DNA of 64,000 bases from Leucoraja ocellata. Lineage: Eukaryota. The notes beneath the pieces are model-generated. The model worked only from the letters and a program-made list of their open reading frames with translations, made no database searches and was not told where the DNA came from. Numbering within the stretch: position 1 is the first letter of the stretch; each line of letters starts with the position of its first letter. A program made the translations under genes and the position numbers. Positions 63,320 through 64,000 of the stretch are shown one piece after another. The stretch is from NCBI GenBank assembly GCA_036785375.1, contig JAWMAR010000032.1:11346001-11410000 (forward strand), in the 5' to 3' direction.

Positions 63320-63815
63320 AGAAAGAACTGCAGATGCTGGAAAATTCGAAGGTAGACAAAAATGCTGGAGAAACTCAGCAGGTGAGGCAGCATCTATGGA
63401 GTGAGGGAATAGGTGATGTTTCAGGTCGAGACCCTTCTTCAGATTGATGTGGGGGTGAGGGGTGGGAAGAAGAAAGGAAGAGGTGGAGGTGGTAGGTTGT
63501 GAGAGAGCTGGGGAGGGGAGGGGAAAGAGGGAGAATGCAAGGACTACCTGAAATTGGAGAAGTCAATGTTCATACCGCTGGGGTGTAAATTTCGCTTGGG
63601 CAGTTTACACCCCAGCGGTATGAACATTGACTTCTCCAATTTCAGGTAGTCCTTGCTTTCTCCCTCCTTCCCCTCCACTTCCCAGCTCTCCCACATCCCA
63701 CTGTCTGTGCCTCTTCCTTTTTTTCTTTCCCCACCCCCACATTCTGAAGAAGGGTCTCGACCCGAAACATCACCTATTCCTTCACTCCATAGATGCTGCC
63801 TCACCCGCTGAGTTT
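63320..63815. mobile_element. Penelope-like element 3' end with inverted pseudo-LTR (palindrome)
   Basis: Arms 63371-63589 and 63604-63815 are inverted; plus strand encodes GIY-YIG C-terminus FRLGSLHPSGMNIDFSNFR* (stop 63647-63649); hammerhead-like CTGAAGA...GAAAC in each arm. Confidence 0.85.
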
Positions 63816-64000
63816 AGCCTTCTAATGTGTAGAAAGATACTGCTGAAGCTGGTTTACACTGAAGATAGACAGAAAATGCTGGAGTAACTCAGCGGGTCAG
63901 GTAGCATCCGTGGAGAACAGGATTAAGTAACGTTTCTGGTCAAGACTTGTCAGACTGAGTGGATATTTGAAGAAGGGTCTCAACCCGAGACGTCACCTAT

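Overview
Vertebrate genomic DNA, almost certainly a cartilaginous fish (skate/ray-like; inferred from HE1/V-SINEs and HER1/CR1 LINEs). Two protein-coding genes lie in tandem on the + strand. (1) KBTBD11 (BTB-BACK-Kelch): one very GC/CpG-rich coding exon at about 19912-22275, a probable non-coding first exon in a CpG island near 13.2-13.6 kb, and a possible long 3' UTR. (2) The 5' part of myomesin-2 (MYOM2): a muscle-type promoter (MEF2 + CArG) and non-coding exon near 37.0-37.16 kb, then four phase-compatible coding exons (48635-48756, 53747-53875, 57006-57144, 57976-58133); the gene continues beyond the window. The rest is dominated by transposon debris (V-SINE, CR1, Rex1/Babar, Penelope, L1, RTE, Harbinger, THAP-bearing foldback). 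Most notable observations: a ~170-bp TSD-flanked retroposon whose 5' end is a minimal HDV-like ribozyme, many Penelope-derived minimal hammerhead motifs, a foldback DNA element whose two arms are complementary decayed THAP exons, and a twin-primed (5'-inverted) L1 insertion. All family assignments come from recognising motifs by eye, not from database searches; repeat boundaries are approximate and only representative copies are listed.
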